64,000 nt of DNA from an uncultured Dehalococcoidia bacterium (GCA_964409595.1 CAYPDR010000010.1:7037-71036), one strand, 5' to 3'; counted from the stretch's first letter, positions 40,327-50,050 are shown. The notes: generated by a model not told the origin, from the letters alone. Numbers and translations are program-made.

Positions 40327-41139
40327 ATGGCAATAGACGAATCTGGAAAACTATTAACGGCTGTGGGCGCGTATACTGGGGGGCTTAAAGAGAAGGACAA
40401 AACTGCTAGTGCAGTTAGAGAACTTGACCGATTTGTTAAACATTTTCGTGGCGAAACGTCCATGTTGTCAATCACACCTTCCCAAATTGGTACATATGCA
40501 GAAGAGGCATGCAAAAACGGATCTTCGACGGAAGCCCTCGAAGGCCTTCATGCAGTGAGGAAATTTCTAAGCTTCGCTTATAAAGAAGATCGAACCAATA
40601 TAAACCTTGCAACCCATTTCAGAATAAGAAAGCCAAAAACTACAGCATCTTCCAGAGACGAAGGCTCACGTTTAGGTGGCGGGCAAGAGATGACGCAAGA
40701 AGGATACGAGCAACTCGTAACAGAAAAGGAATCTTTAGAAGCCAATCGAGTTGCGATCAGCGAGTCAATTCATAAAGCGGCGTCAGATGGTGACGTTAGA
40801 GAAAATGCACCTCTGGAGGCCGCCCGAGAGCAGCAGGGACGAGAAGAAGCTCGTATAAAAGAGATCGATGCAATGATACGGACAGCGATTATTGTGGATT
40901 CAAGAGGAAGAGGAACCAAGATAGTCCGGGTTGGGGTAAGTATCCATGTAGAGGATATCGATAGAAAAAAGAAATCAAGATACACTCTGGTAAGCCCGTC
41001 AGAAGCAAGTCCCCTTGAAGGAAAGATATCTGACGCATCTCCCCTAGGGAAAGCATTTATCGGAAAACGTGCGGGACAGAGAGCAGTTGCAGACACTCCG
41101 AAGGGGAAAACCAACTTCAAGATTCTAAGCATCTCTTAA
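40327..41139 (+). CDS. greA: transcription elongation factor GreA with an extra N-terminal XerD-like core-binding domain
   Basis: aa ~121-270: TQEGY, GDVRENA (D156/E159), ISDASPLGKA; aa ~8-103 resemble the tyrosine-recombinase SAM-like domain. Confidence 0.9.
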   Translation: MAIDESGKLLTAVGAYTGGLKEKDKTASAVRELDRFVKHFRGETSMLSITPSQIGTYAEEACKNGSSTEALEGLHAVRKFLSFAYKEDRTNINLATHFRIRKPKTTASSRDEGSRLGGGQEMTQEGYEQLVTEKESLEANRVAISESIHKAASDGDVRENAPLEAAREQQGREEARIKEIDAMIRTAIIVDSRGRGTKIVRVGVSIHVEDIDRKKKSRYTLVSPSEASPLEGKISDASPLGKAFIGKRAGQRAVADTPKGKTNFKILSIS

Positions 41140-41351
41140 ACTCAGTCAACACCTGATACTTAGAATAACCTAGTCCATTAAGGCTCTAGCGTCCTCCGAG
41201 CCTTCAAGACAAGTCAATCAAAGGACGGGAAGTTCAACACCTCACCCTAGTCCAGAAAGTGCCCTTCCCCTCTTGTGCTACTCTTTATTCAATTTCATTT
41301 ACGACCAAATTTTTCATATTATGAAAACACTTATACTCGCTGGGAGCCTAC

Positions 41352-44252
41352 ATGGTAGTTCAAGTTAGTGAATCAGATACCCGCCAATTAGTTGACGAAC
41401 TTAACAAGCAAGTTGAGGGGGAAGTTCGATTCGACAAAATGTCTCGCGCCCTTTGGAGCACGGATGCCAGCATCTACCAAATCGAACCAGTAGGGATTGT
41501 ATTACCTAAATCTCAAGAAGATGTTATTGCAGTTGTTGAAACTGCGGAACGATACGGCGTTTCTGTACTACCCAGAGGCGGAGGGACTAGTCTCGCCGGG
41601 CAAACAGTGGGCGAATCAATCATAGTCGACTTCTCTAAACATATGAGGGATGTCCAAGAAATCAACCTTGAGGAAAATTGGGTGAGAGCCCAACCTGGCA
41701 TAATATTAGACGAACTCAATGATATCTTAGCCCCTTCTGGCGTTTTATTTGCCCCTGACCCAAGCACTAGTAACAGAGGCAACGTGGGGGGTGCTCTAGG
41801 CAACAACTCCTGCGGAGCGCACTCCATAATGTGGGGTAAAACTGTAGACAACGTCTATGATGTCGACGTGGTGCTAGCCAACGGTGACACGACGTCTTTC
41901 AGTCAAATTGACGGTAGCGCTCTCGAATCAAAAATGCGCTCAGAAAGCCTCGAAGGTGACATTTATCGAAATGTATTCGCTATCGGGGAAAGAAATAGAC
42001 ACGAAATTCTCTCTAGGTATCCGAAAATACAACGAAGAGTCTCAGGCTATAACCTTGACGAATTTTTAGGGGGCGGCAACTTCGACATGGCCCGGTTCAT
42101 AGTCGGGTCTGAAGGCACTTTAGTAACAATCACAGAAGCGAAACTAAAAGTCGTACCACTTCCCAAATTCAAGGGACTGGCAGTGCTTCATTGCAATGAG
42201 CTTATAGAATCAATGGAGGCGACTGTTGCGGTTATCGAAATGAATCCCTCCGCAGTCGAACTGATTGGCAGCATGATTATTAGGCAAGCACAATCTAATC
42301 TTGCCTATTCAAGAATCACGGATTTTATTCAAGGCGATCCGGAAGCGCTACTCGTAATAGAATTAGTAGCTGGTTCAGAGAGTGAACTGCAGTCGAAATT
42401 TCAAGAACTTCAAAGAAAAATTGACAGAGGAGGATGGGGATACTCCTTATTAAAGATGACAGGCCATACGGAGCAACAGAAAGTCTGGGATGTTCGAAAG
42501 GCCGGACTAGGCTTAATGATGAACGTCCCCGGAGACGACAAACCTCTTCCATTCGTGGAAGATACTGCTGTAGCACCAGAGGTCCTACCTGAATTTGTAA
42601 AACGTTTTGACTCAATAGTTCGTAAAAATGGCACAGAAGCTGGCTACTATGGTCATGCTAGCGTCGGCTGCCTGCACATCCGCCCATTGATTAACTTGAA
42701 AAACCAAGCTGGACTAGACCGTATGGTGAGCATTTCTGAGGAAATAAGTGACCTCGTACTTCAGTTCGGAGGATCTCTGAGTGGTGAGCACGGAGACGGT
42801 TTAGTGCGCAGTGGTTTCAACGAGAAGATGTTCGGAAAACAAATTTATGCTGCGTTTAAAGAAGTCAAAAAGACTTTCGATCCGTCCGGCATCATGAATC
42901 CGGGTAAAATAGTTGACTCCCCTCCAATGACAGACAACCTTCGATTTGGACCGAGCTACAGCACTGTTCCCAAGCAGACTGGATTTTCATTTTCGGAGGA
43001 GGGTGGATTCGCGTCAGCAATTGAGATGTGCAACGGCCAAGGCGCTTGTCGGAAGGTAACGGGTGGAATCATGTGCCCTTCATATATGGTGACTAGAGAC
43101 GAAGAACATTCTACCCGGGGTAGAGCAAACGCCCTTAGAGCGACCATGTCAGGAGCCTTACCACACGAAACATTAAGTGACGATCGTCTTTTCGATGTTA
43201 TGGATCTATGTTTGGAATGTAAAGGATGCAAAGCGGAATGCCCATCTAACGTAGATATGGCAAAGCTCAAATATGAATTCCTGCACCACTACCATAAAGA
43301 AAACGGTTATAGACTGCATAACCGGTTTTTTGCCAACGTGTCGACTCTCAGCAAGTTGGGCTGCTTTTTTTCCCCAGTGGCAAACTGGTTTATGAAAAGC
43401 ACCGCAGTAAAGGAATTGATGGAAAAATCTGTAGGAATCGACCGGAGAAGAAATCTCCCTAACTTCGCAACGCAGACATTCACGCAATGGTTTAGAACCA
43501 AGAAAGAGTACTCTGACACGGAGTCCGAGAACGGCAAGGTCGTTCTATTCCCTGACACTACAACAAATTATAACCATCCCGAACTGGGGATATCTGCCGT
43601 AAAAATATTGGAGAAACTAGGTTACAGCGTCATTATCCCTGATACACGGTGCTGTGGTAGACCGATGCTATCAAACGGAATGATGGATAGAGGCAAAGAA
43701 GACATAAATTTCAACATAAATACTATTTACCCATACATTAATGATGGAGCAAAGTTAGTAGGCATCGAACCAAGTTGTGTTTTAGGATTCGTATCGGACT
43801 TTGGCGATCTCGCATCAGACCCAACAAAGGCACGAAAGATTGCCGACAACACAATGCTAATTGAAGAATTTATTCTTTATTCTTGTAAAAAAAATGGCCC
43901 TTTAACTTTTGAGAATCCGCCTATTAATAATAAGGCTGTTTTCCACGGACATTGTCATCAAAAAGCCCTCACTGGTACATCCGCAGCTATGTCAGTCCTG
44001 AAAATGGTCCCGGGACTAGAAACCGAGGAGATTCAATCAGGTTGCTGCGGTATGGCTGGATCATTCGGTTTCATTAAAGACCATTATGAAACTTCGATTC
44101 AAATAGGGGAAATATCACTTTTGCCAGCCGTAAGACAAGCAGGGGAGGATGCATTGGTCATCAGTGAGGGAGTCTCATGCCGTCAGCAAATTATGCAAGG
44201 GACAGGCAGAAGATCACATCATTTGGTAGAGGTGTTTGCTGAATACCTATGA
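41352..44252 (+). CDS. FAD-linked oxidase fused to Fe-S/CCG domains (YdiJ/GlcDF-like)
   Basis: RGGGTSLAGQ, GEHGDG, CLECKGCKAECP, CCG motifs. Confidence 0.92.
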   Translation: MVVQVSESDTRQLVDELNKQVEGEVRFDKMSRALWSTDASIYQIEPVGIVLPKSQEDVIAVVETAERYGVSVLPRGGGTSLAGQTVGESIIVDFSKHMRDVQEINLEENWVRAQPGIILDELNDILAPSGVLFAPDPSTSNRGNVGGALGNNSCGAHSIMWGKTVDNVYDVDVVLANGDTTSFSQIDGSALESKMRSESLEGDIYRNVFAIGERNRHEILSRYPKIQRRVSGYNLDEFLGGGNFDMARFIVGSEGTLVTITEAKLKVVPLPKFKGLAVLHCNELIESMEATVAVIEMNPSAVELIGSMIIRQAQSNLAYSRITDFIQGDPEALLVIELVAGSESELQSKFQELQRKIDRGGWGYSLLKMTGHTEQQKVWDVRKAGLGLMMNVPGDDKPLPFVEDTAVAPEVLPEFVKRFDSIVRKNGTEAGYYGHASVGCLHIRPLINLKNQAGLDRMVSISEEISDLVLQFGGSLSGEHGDGLVRSGFNEKMFGKQIYAAFKEVKKTFDPSGIMNPGKIVDSPPMTDNLRFGPSYSTVPKQTGFSFSEEGGFASAIEMCNGQGACRKVTGGIMCPSYMVTRDEEHSTRGRANALRATMSGALPHETLSDDRLFDVMDLCLECKGCKAECPSNVDMAKLKYEFLHHYHKENGYRLHNRFFANVSTLSKLGCFFSPVANWFMKSTAVKELMEKSVGIDRRRNLPNFATQTFTQWFRTKKEYSDTESENGKVVLFPDTTTNYNHPELGISAVKILEKLGYSVIIPDTRCCGRPMLSNGMMDRGKEDINFNINTIYPYINDGAKLVGIEPSCVLGFVSDFGDLASDPTKARKIADNTMLIEEFILYSCKKNGPLTFENPPINNKAVFHGHCHQKALTGTSAAMSVLKMVPGLETEEIQSGCCGMAGSFGFIKDHYETSIQIGEISLLPAVRQAGEDALVISEGVSCRQQIMQGTGRRSHHLVEVFAEYL

Positions 44253-44259
44253 GCAGTCG

Positions 44260-44547
44260 CTAAACGGGGCCCTGGCTTGGTATAATCCGGTCAATACTTA
44301 TGGCTTTATAGCTCCTGGTAGACCTAATACGAAGATTTTCCCCGATCATTAAGGCCTCAAACGTATATCTATCCACTTCCACCTTTTGGGAAGAAATGTA
44401 AAGAACTCTAGTCATGCCATCATCTGATACTTCTTTACCTTCCAATAATCCTTCCACATACAAATATGGTGGCAATCCATCCATAAGAGCGTTCCTTAAA
44501 GATGCCAGCAAATTGACCGCGTGCTTAACAATTGTCGCCAAAAACAT
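44260..44547 (-). CDS. small hypothetical protein
   Basis: 95-aa ORF with GGAGA RBS-like sequence filling an intergenic gap; beta-rich. Confidence 0.6.
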   Translation of the reverse strand: MFLATIVKHAVNLLASLRNALMDGLPPYLYVEGLLEGKEVSDDGMTRVLYISSQKVEVDRYTFEALMIGENLRIRSTRSYKAISIDRIIPSQGPV

Positions 44548-44711
44548 GAAATCTCCATTGACTGACTAATCAACTCTGTTCTATTAACTATCCGTAGCTT
44601 TTCCGTCAGTGAATTCCATTCAAGGTATCGAACTCCCACTTGTATGAGAAAAAACATATATCGAAGATTATAAGATAAACTCAATTCACTAATTTTAGTT
44701 GGAGAAAAAAT

Positions 44712-45605
44712 ATGAATATTGGATTCATTGGTGTTGGATTGATGGGCCGCCACATGGCACGTAATATCCTTAAAGGAGATTACGAATTAACTATCTATGA
44801 TATTAACAAACACGCTGCTTCCGAGCTCCTGGAACTGGGAGCGTCCTGGGCATCTAGTCCCGCTGAAGTAGCAGCAGTTTCCGAAGTAGTCTTCACATCC
44901 CTACCACGCCCTCAAGATGTAGAAGAGGTAGTGCTGGGCGAGGGAGGAATATTGGCAGGGGCAAATAGCGGAACAACTTACTTCGATCTCAGTACAACAG
45001 ACCCTGACACTATCACCAGAATTTCCAAAGCATGCGCAAATCATGGTGTTACGGTTTTGGACGCCCCTGTCAGCGGTGGAACAATCGGAGCAGAAAAAGC
45101 AACATTATGCATAATGGTCGGGGGAGATAAAGATAAATTTGATAAATATAAAGTAGTCCTAGATCTTGTAGGAAGCCAAGCAATCCACTGTGGAAACATT
45201 GGTTCGGGCGCCGTTTGCAAAATTATAAACAATCTGATCAGCATGACACTTGGTGTTGTCCTTCCAGAAGCTTTCAGTCTCGGAGTAAAGGCCGGTGTCG
45301 ACCCAATGACTATATACAAGGCTGTTTCAATGAGCTCGGGGGAAACGCGAACAATGCATTCCTTCCCAGATGGCTTATTCACCGGAAACTTTCAACCAGG
45401 CTTCAAATTGGATTTAGCAGCAAAAGACGTTGGACTGGCCACTGAGATGGGTCGGAGTCTTAGCGTTCCGATGAGGGTATCCAACCTTATCCAACAAGAA
45501 TACGTTAACGCACAAAATCAGGGCTTAGGATCCGAGGCTACCCATGCTATAGCAGTTCTACAAGAGGAACGTTCGGGTGTGGAAATTCGTAGAACGGATG
45601 CCTAG
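44712..45605 (+). CDS. NAD(P)-dependent beta-hydroxyacid dehydrogenase (3-hydroxyisobutyrate/tartronate semialdehyde reductase family)
   Basis: GFIGVGLMG, DAPVSGG, CKIINN, KDV. Confidence 0.9.
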   Translation: MNIGFIGVGLMGRHMARNILKGDYELTIYDINKHAASELLELGASWASSPAEVAAVSEVVFTSLPRPQDVEEVVLGEGGILAGANSGTTYFDLSTTDPDTITRISKACANHGVTVLDAPVSGGTIGAEKATLCIMVGGDKDKFDKYKVVLDLVGSQAIHCGNIGSGAVCKIINNLISMTLGVVLPEAFSLGVKAGVDPMTIYKAVSMSSGETRTMHSFPDGLFTGNFQPGFKLDLAAKDVGLATEMGRSLSVPMRVSNLIQQEYVNAQNQGLGSEATHAIAVLQEERSGVEIRRTDA

Positions 45606-45649
45606 ATCCTTCCTCTTTTTCTTTGAAATATGTTGCAGTTGAGAAAATA

Positions 45650-46912
45650 ATGCATAAAACGACGCTACCCAACGGAATCCGGGTGATTACTGAGTCAATG
45701 CCCCATTCAAATTCAACCTCTATTGACCTAGGAATAGATGTTGGATCACGACACGAACCAGAACCCATATCCGGAGTATCTCACTTCATAGAGCACCTTT
45801 TGTTCAAAGGAACAGAGAACAGGCCAAGCCCTATAAAAATTAGCGAAACACTTGAAAGAACTGGCGGGATCCTTAATGCTGCCACGGAACACGAGAGTAC
45901 AATCTATTGGTGCAAAGTAATCGCGACAGAGAGAGAAAAGGGTCTAGAATTACTATTAGACATGGTCCAAAACTCACTTTTCAATCCGAAAGAAATTGAG
46001 TTAGAACGTCATGTAATCATAGAGGAAATAAATAGCGTAAACGACTTTCCAAACTCAAGAGCGGAGGCAATATTAGACGAATTAATGTGGAAGGGGAATT
46101 CGCTCGGAAGAGACATTGCAGGTAACAAATCCAGCATTATATCGATGTCACGAATAGACATAATTGACTTTATGAAGTTGCATTACACAGGTAACAATAT
46201 AGTTTGTAGCGTTGCCGGAAAACTAGAACATGGCCAAATAGTTGAGATTGTGGAAAGGTTCACACGCTCCATCGATCCAGGAAATAAATCCCATTTTCCA
46301 AAAATATCTTTTGACCAATGTTCTCCTAGACATCGCTATGAATACCGCGACACCGAGCAGGTCCACATGTCCTTAGGGTTCCCTGGAGTAAACCGCCAAT
46401 CTCCTGACCGCTATCCGATCGATTTGCTCACGGCAATATTGGGAGAAGGCATGAGCAGCCGTCTGTTTAGCGAACTGAGAGAAAAAAGAGGACTCGTTTA
46501 CGACATAGGAAGTGAAGCAACTCATTTCCATGATACAGGAGCTATACATATTTCCGCCGGTTTAAAAAAAACAGAATACCTTGAAACTATAGAAGTAATA
46601 TTTCAAGAGCTCGAACGATGTATGTCTGATATTAACCGAGTGGAACTCGCCAAAATTAAGTCTCTTTTCGCCGGAAGATTACAGCTCAGATTGGAAGATA
46701 CTAAATTTGTTTCAGGGTGGAATATTTCTCATGAACTTGGTCATGGTGATGTACTAAGCCCTAAAAATGTTTTGGATCTTATAAAAGAAGTAACACTAGA
46801 CGATGTAATTAGAGTGGCACACCAATACCTTTCAAAACAAAAAGCCAATATTTCGTTGGTCGGGCCGATACGGGATCGGATAGGTCTATCAGAGATATTC
46901 GAATCCACATAA
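45650..46912 (+). CDS. M16 family zinc peptidase (single-half type)
   Basis: HFIEH, LNAAT, SSRLFSELREKRGLVY. Confidence 0.9.
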   Translation: MHKTTLPNGIRVITESMPHSNSTSIDLGIDVGSRHEPEPISGVSHFIEHLLFKGTENRPSPIKISETLERTGGILNAATEHESTIYWCKVIATEREKGLELLLDMVQNSLFNPKEIELERHVIIEEINSVNDFPNSRAEAILDELMWKGNSLGRDIAGNKSSIISMSRIDIIDFMKLHYTGNNIVCSVAGKLEHGQIVEIVERFTRSIDPGNKSHFPKISFDQCSPRHRYEYRDTEQVHMSLGFPGVNRQSPDRYPIDLLTAILGEGMSSRLFSELREKRGLVYDIGSEATHFHDTGAIHISAGLKKTEYLETIEVIFQELERCMSDINRVELAKIKSLFAGRLQLRLEDTKFVSGWNISHELGHGDVLSPKNVLDLIKEVTLDDVIRVAHQYLSKQKANISLVGPIRDRIGLSEIFEST

Positions 46913-46920
46913 ATACTCCC

Positions 46921-46950
46921 TTGACACTTGGAAGCGCAGATTGCTAGTAT
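46921..46950 (+). promoter_or_regulatory. putative sigma70 promoter of the thrC-like/NIL/UBL operon
   Basis: TTGACA-N18-TAGTAT immediately after the peptidase stop. Confidence 0.45.
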
Positions 46951-47026
46951 TTTTTGCCGATTCTTCAGCTGGAATGTTACCCTTACACTTCCAAAATATA
47001 GAGTGGACTGGCCACATAGGAGCTTA

Positions 47027-48259
47027 ATGTTGCCTCATGTAGAGTGCCTGAAGTGCCGCGAATGCAAAAGTGAGTACCCCATAGAACCGTTGAATGCCTG
47101 CGAGTTCTGCTTTGGTCCGCTAGAAGTGGAATACGATTACACATCTATTAAAAAATCAGTCAGTAGGAGAAACATTGAATCAGGACCCCCTACAATGTGG
47201 AGGTACCACGACTTTCTGCCGGTAGACAAGGAAACTTCTGTTGATATATCTACCGGATTTACTCCCTTAATACATGCAAAAAACCTAGGCGATGCGTTAG
47301 GCCTAGATAAACTTTATATCAAGAATGATAGCGTGAATCCGACATATTCTTTTAAGGACCGTCCGGTATCAATCACGACGACAAAAGCTTTAGAGTTCAA
47401 GTTCGAGGTACTAGCCTGTGTTTCCACCGGGAACTTAATGGGGTCTGTAGCAGCTCACGGAGCGAAGGCCGGAATGAAAACCATGGTATTCTACCCAGCT
47501 TCACTGGAGCAAGGAAAAATTCTGGGTGCGGCAGTCTACGGACCTACGATGGTTGCTATTGATGGCAATTATGACCAAGCCAATCGATTTTGCAGCGAGC
47601 TCGCCGACACCCACCGTTGGGCGTTCGTTAACATCAATATGCGACCGTTCTACGCAGAGGGAAGTAAAACATTAGGATATGAAGTCGCTGAACAATTAGG
47701 TTGGAAAGCACCTTCTCATTGCGTCGTTCCTGGCGCTTCTGGGGAACTTCATACAAAAATATGGAAGGGTCTCCAAGAATTCCAAGACGTGGGGCTGATA
47801 GCTAAATCACGGACGAAAATGCACCTTGCACAAGCAGAAGGATGCTCTCCGATAGTAACAGCCTTCGAACAAGGCAACGACCATGTGCTACCCGTAAAAC
47901 CCGACACTATCGCAAAATCACTTGCAATTGGAAATCCTGCGGCCGGACCCTATTCTCTGGAAGTCCTAAAAGAAACAGGCGGAATCGGAATGGCTGCCAA
48001 AGAAAACACGATTATTGACGGAATCAGACTATTAGCCGAGACTGAGGGGATTTTCACCGAAACGGCAGGAGGGGTTGTAATATCTAGCCTCAAAAATCTC
48101 GTCAAGCAGGGCGAGATAAAAAAAGACGAAGTCACAGTTGCATATATAACCGGAAACGGGTTGAAAACAATGGAGGCCATGGGAGATTTTGTTGATCCGG
48201 TGGAAACTACGCCAGATTATGAAACCTTTCAAACTGCCCTAGCAACCCACCAGGCTTAA
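47027..48259 (+). CDS. threonine synthase-like PLP enzyme with N-terminal zinc ribbon (possible O-phosphohomoserine sulfhydrylase)
   Basis: CRECK...CEFC, NPTYSFKDR (PLP Lys), STGN, EGSKT, TGNGLK. Confidence 0.88.
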   Translation: MLPHVECLKCRECKSEYPIEPLNACEFCFGPLEVEYDYTSIKKSVSRRNIESGPPTMWRYHDFLPVDKETSVDISTGFTPLIHAKNLGDALGLDKLYIKNDSVNPTYSFKDRPVSITTTKALEFKFEVLACVSTGNLMGSVAAHGAKAGMKTMVFYPASLEQGKILGAAVYGPTMVAIDGNYDQANRFCSELADTHRWAFVNINMRPFYAEGSKTLGYEVAEQLGWKAPSHCVVPGASGELHTKIWKGLQEFQDVGLIAKSRTKMHLAQAEGCSPIVTAFEQGNDHVLPVKPDTIAKSLAIGNPAAGPYSLEVLKETGGIGMAAKENTIIDGIRLLAETEGIFTETAGGVVISSLKNLVKQGEIKKDEVTVAYITGNGLKTMEAMGDFVDPVETTPDYETFQTALATHQA

Positions 48260-48281
48260 CTGCTAGAAAGGGAGTCTTCAA

Positions 48282-48524
48282 ATGACCAGTAAGAGAGTAC
48301 GCTTTACCTTCCCCCAAGGATTAATTAAAGAACCCGTTATATACCGACTAGGACACGATTTCCCTGTTATTACAAATATCCGCCGTGCCGACATACGGGA
48401 TGATGTAGGTTGGGTGATATTAGAATTGGAAGGAGAAGAACCTGCTATCAATGAAGGCTTAGCCTGGGTAAGCACTACCGGCGTCAGGGTCGATCCGATT
48501 GGCGGAGATATAATAGAGGGATAA
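48282..48524 (+). CDS. stand-alone NIL-domain protein
   Basis: EPVIYRLG...NIRRAD...GWVILELEG pattern. Confidence 0.85.
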   Translation: MTSKRVRFTFPQGLIKEPVIYRLGHDFPVITNIRRADIRDDVGWVILELEGEEPAINEGLAWVSTTGVRVDPIGGDIIEG

Positions 48525-48571
48525 CCCGCAGCTTAGATTTAATTGCAACCTAAGATGGAGGACAATAACAA

Positions 48572-48850
48572 ATGAGCGCAACGGTCAGGATACCTACTCC
48601 ACTCAGAAAAGTTACTAATGGCGAAGATAAGGCATCTGTAAACAGCGGAACATTGAAAGATGTCATGGAATCTCTTGAGCAACAATTTCCCGGTATAAAA
48701 TCCAGAATATGTGAGGACACAGGTGAACTACGAAGCTTCGTCAATGTGTATATAAATGGTGAGGATATCCGATTTATGGATGGAATGGGAAGCTCTGTAG
48801 CTTCGGGAGACGAAGTCAGCATCGTGCCCGCAGTGGCCGGTGGAAATTAG
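48572..48850 (+). CDS. MoaD/ThiS ubiquitin-like sulfur carrier ending GG-N
   Basis: IPTPLR, VNVYINGEDIRF, SIVPAVAGGN. Confidence 0.92.
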   Translation: MSATVRIPTPLRKVTNGEDKASVNSGTLKDVMESLEQQFPGIKSRICEDTGELRSFVNVYINGEDIRFMDGMGSSVASGDEVSIVPAVAGGN

Positions 48851-48892
48851 TAAAATTTACTCGTGCAGATTTCAGTTATCACGGCACGAATT

Positions 48893-50050
48893 TTACTTTT
48901 TACGCTGATCCATCCTCGCAGACTCATCGGTAATACTGTATCTGGCTAAGAACTCTGTCCGATATTCATCAAAACTACGTGCCATTATGGATTGACGCAT
49001 TTCATTCATAATGCGCGTCATGAATCGTAGGTTGTGAATCGAACCCAACCTATAAGCCAAGTACTCACGGGCCCTGTAAAGATGGTGCAGATAACCTGTG
49101 GAGAATTTGGTACACGAATAGCAATCACATTCAATATCAAACGTGTCGTCAACCTCCCTATATCTGGCTGACTTTATGTTTACTCTACCGTCTCTTGTAT
49201 ATAGCGCCCCATTCCTAGCGACACGAGTTGGCAATACACAGTCAAACATGTCTATTCCTCTACCAACACATTCAACTAAATCTTCTGGGGATCCGACTCC
49301 CATTAAATACCTTGGTTTGCGTTTTGGCAGTAATCGGGACGTAAATCCTGCTATTTCATACAATTTCGCCTTTGGTTCCCCAACGCTGAGGCCACCAATG
49401 GAATATCCCGGCATGTCAAAACTGGTAGTAATCTCAGAAGATTCCTTCCGCAGTTCCTTAGAGATGCCTCCTTGAATAATCCCGAACAACATCTGGTCAG
49501 AATTTTCCTTATAGTCGAGACTACGTTGGAGCCACTCTGCTGTTCTCTTAATTCCTAGGCGGACCGTTTCCTCCTCCTCATGTAAAGAGGAGCACACGTC
49601 GAGGGGCATCATAATGTCGGATCCTAGTTTTCCCTGTACTTCTATGATTTTTTCTGGACTTAAAAAGTGCGTACTACCGTCTATATGGGAACGAAAGGTG
49701 ATCCCGTTCTCGTCTATCTTGCGAAGGCTTCGCAAACTAAATCCTTGGTAGCCACCACTGTCGGTTAGGATCGGTCCATCCCAAGACATAAACTCATGCA
49801 AACCTCCTAACTTGGAGACTACGTCAGCACCTGGTCGCAAATAAAGGTGATATGCATTCCCTAAAATTATTTTTGACCCGATCATCTCTAGATCTCCAGG
49901 ATCGATAGACTTGACAGAACCCTGAGTAGCCACCGGCATGAAAAACGGTGTCTTCAACTGGCCATGAGAAGTCTCAAGAATTCCTGCTCTCGCGTCACCG
50001 TCCGCATATTCAATAGAAAAAGCACCGTCCTTTTTGTTCTTAACTATCAT
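48893..50050 (-). CDS. tgt: tRNA-guanine transglycosylase
   Basis: TPFFMPV, TDSGG, GGLSVGE, DMFDCVLPTR, CDCYSC. Confidence 0.96.
   Translation of the reverse strand: MIVKNKKDGAFSIEYADGDARAGILETSHGQLKTPFFMPVATQGSVKSIDPGDLEMIGSKIILGNAYHLYLRPGADVVSKLGGLHEFMSWDGPILTDSGGYQGFSLRSLRKIDENGITFRSHIDGSTHFLSPEKIIEVQGKLGSDIMMPLDVCSSLHEEEETVRLGIKRTAEWLQRSLDYKENSDQMLFGIIQGGISKELRKESSEITTSFDMPGYSIGGLSVGEPKAKLYEIAGFTSRLLPKRKPRYLMGVGSPEDLVECVGRGIDMFDCVLPTRVARNGALYTRDGRVNIKSARYREVDDTFDIECDCYSCTKFSTGYLHHLYRAREYLAYRLGSIHNLRFMTRIMNEMRQSIMARSFDEYRTEFLARYSITDESARMDQRKK

Noticed and set aside
40327-40640. Integrase/prophage remnant
   Set aside because: Only a core-binding-like domain, fused in frame to intact GreA; no catalytic R-H-R-Y domain, att sites or phage genes.
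46950-47026. SAM riboswitch before the thrC-like gene
   Set aside because: Leader is short and I could not identify SAM-I or SAM-IV core motifs.
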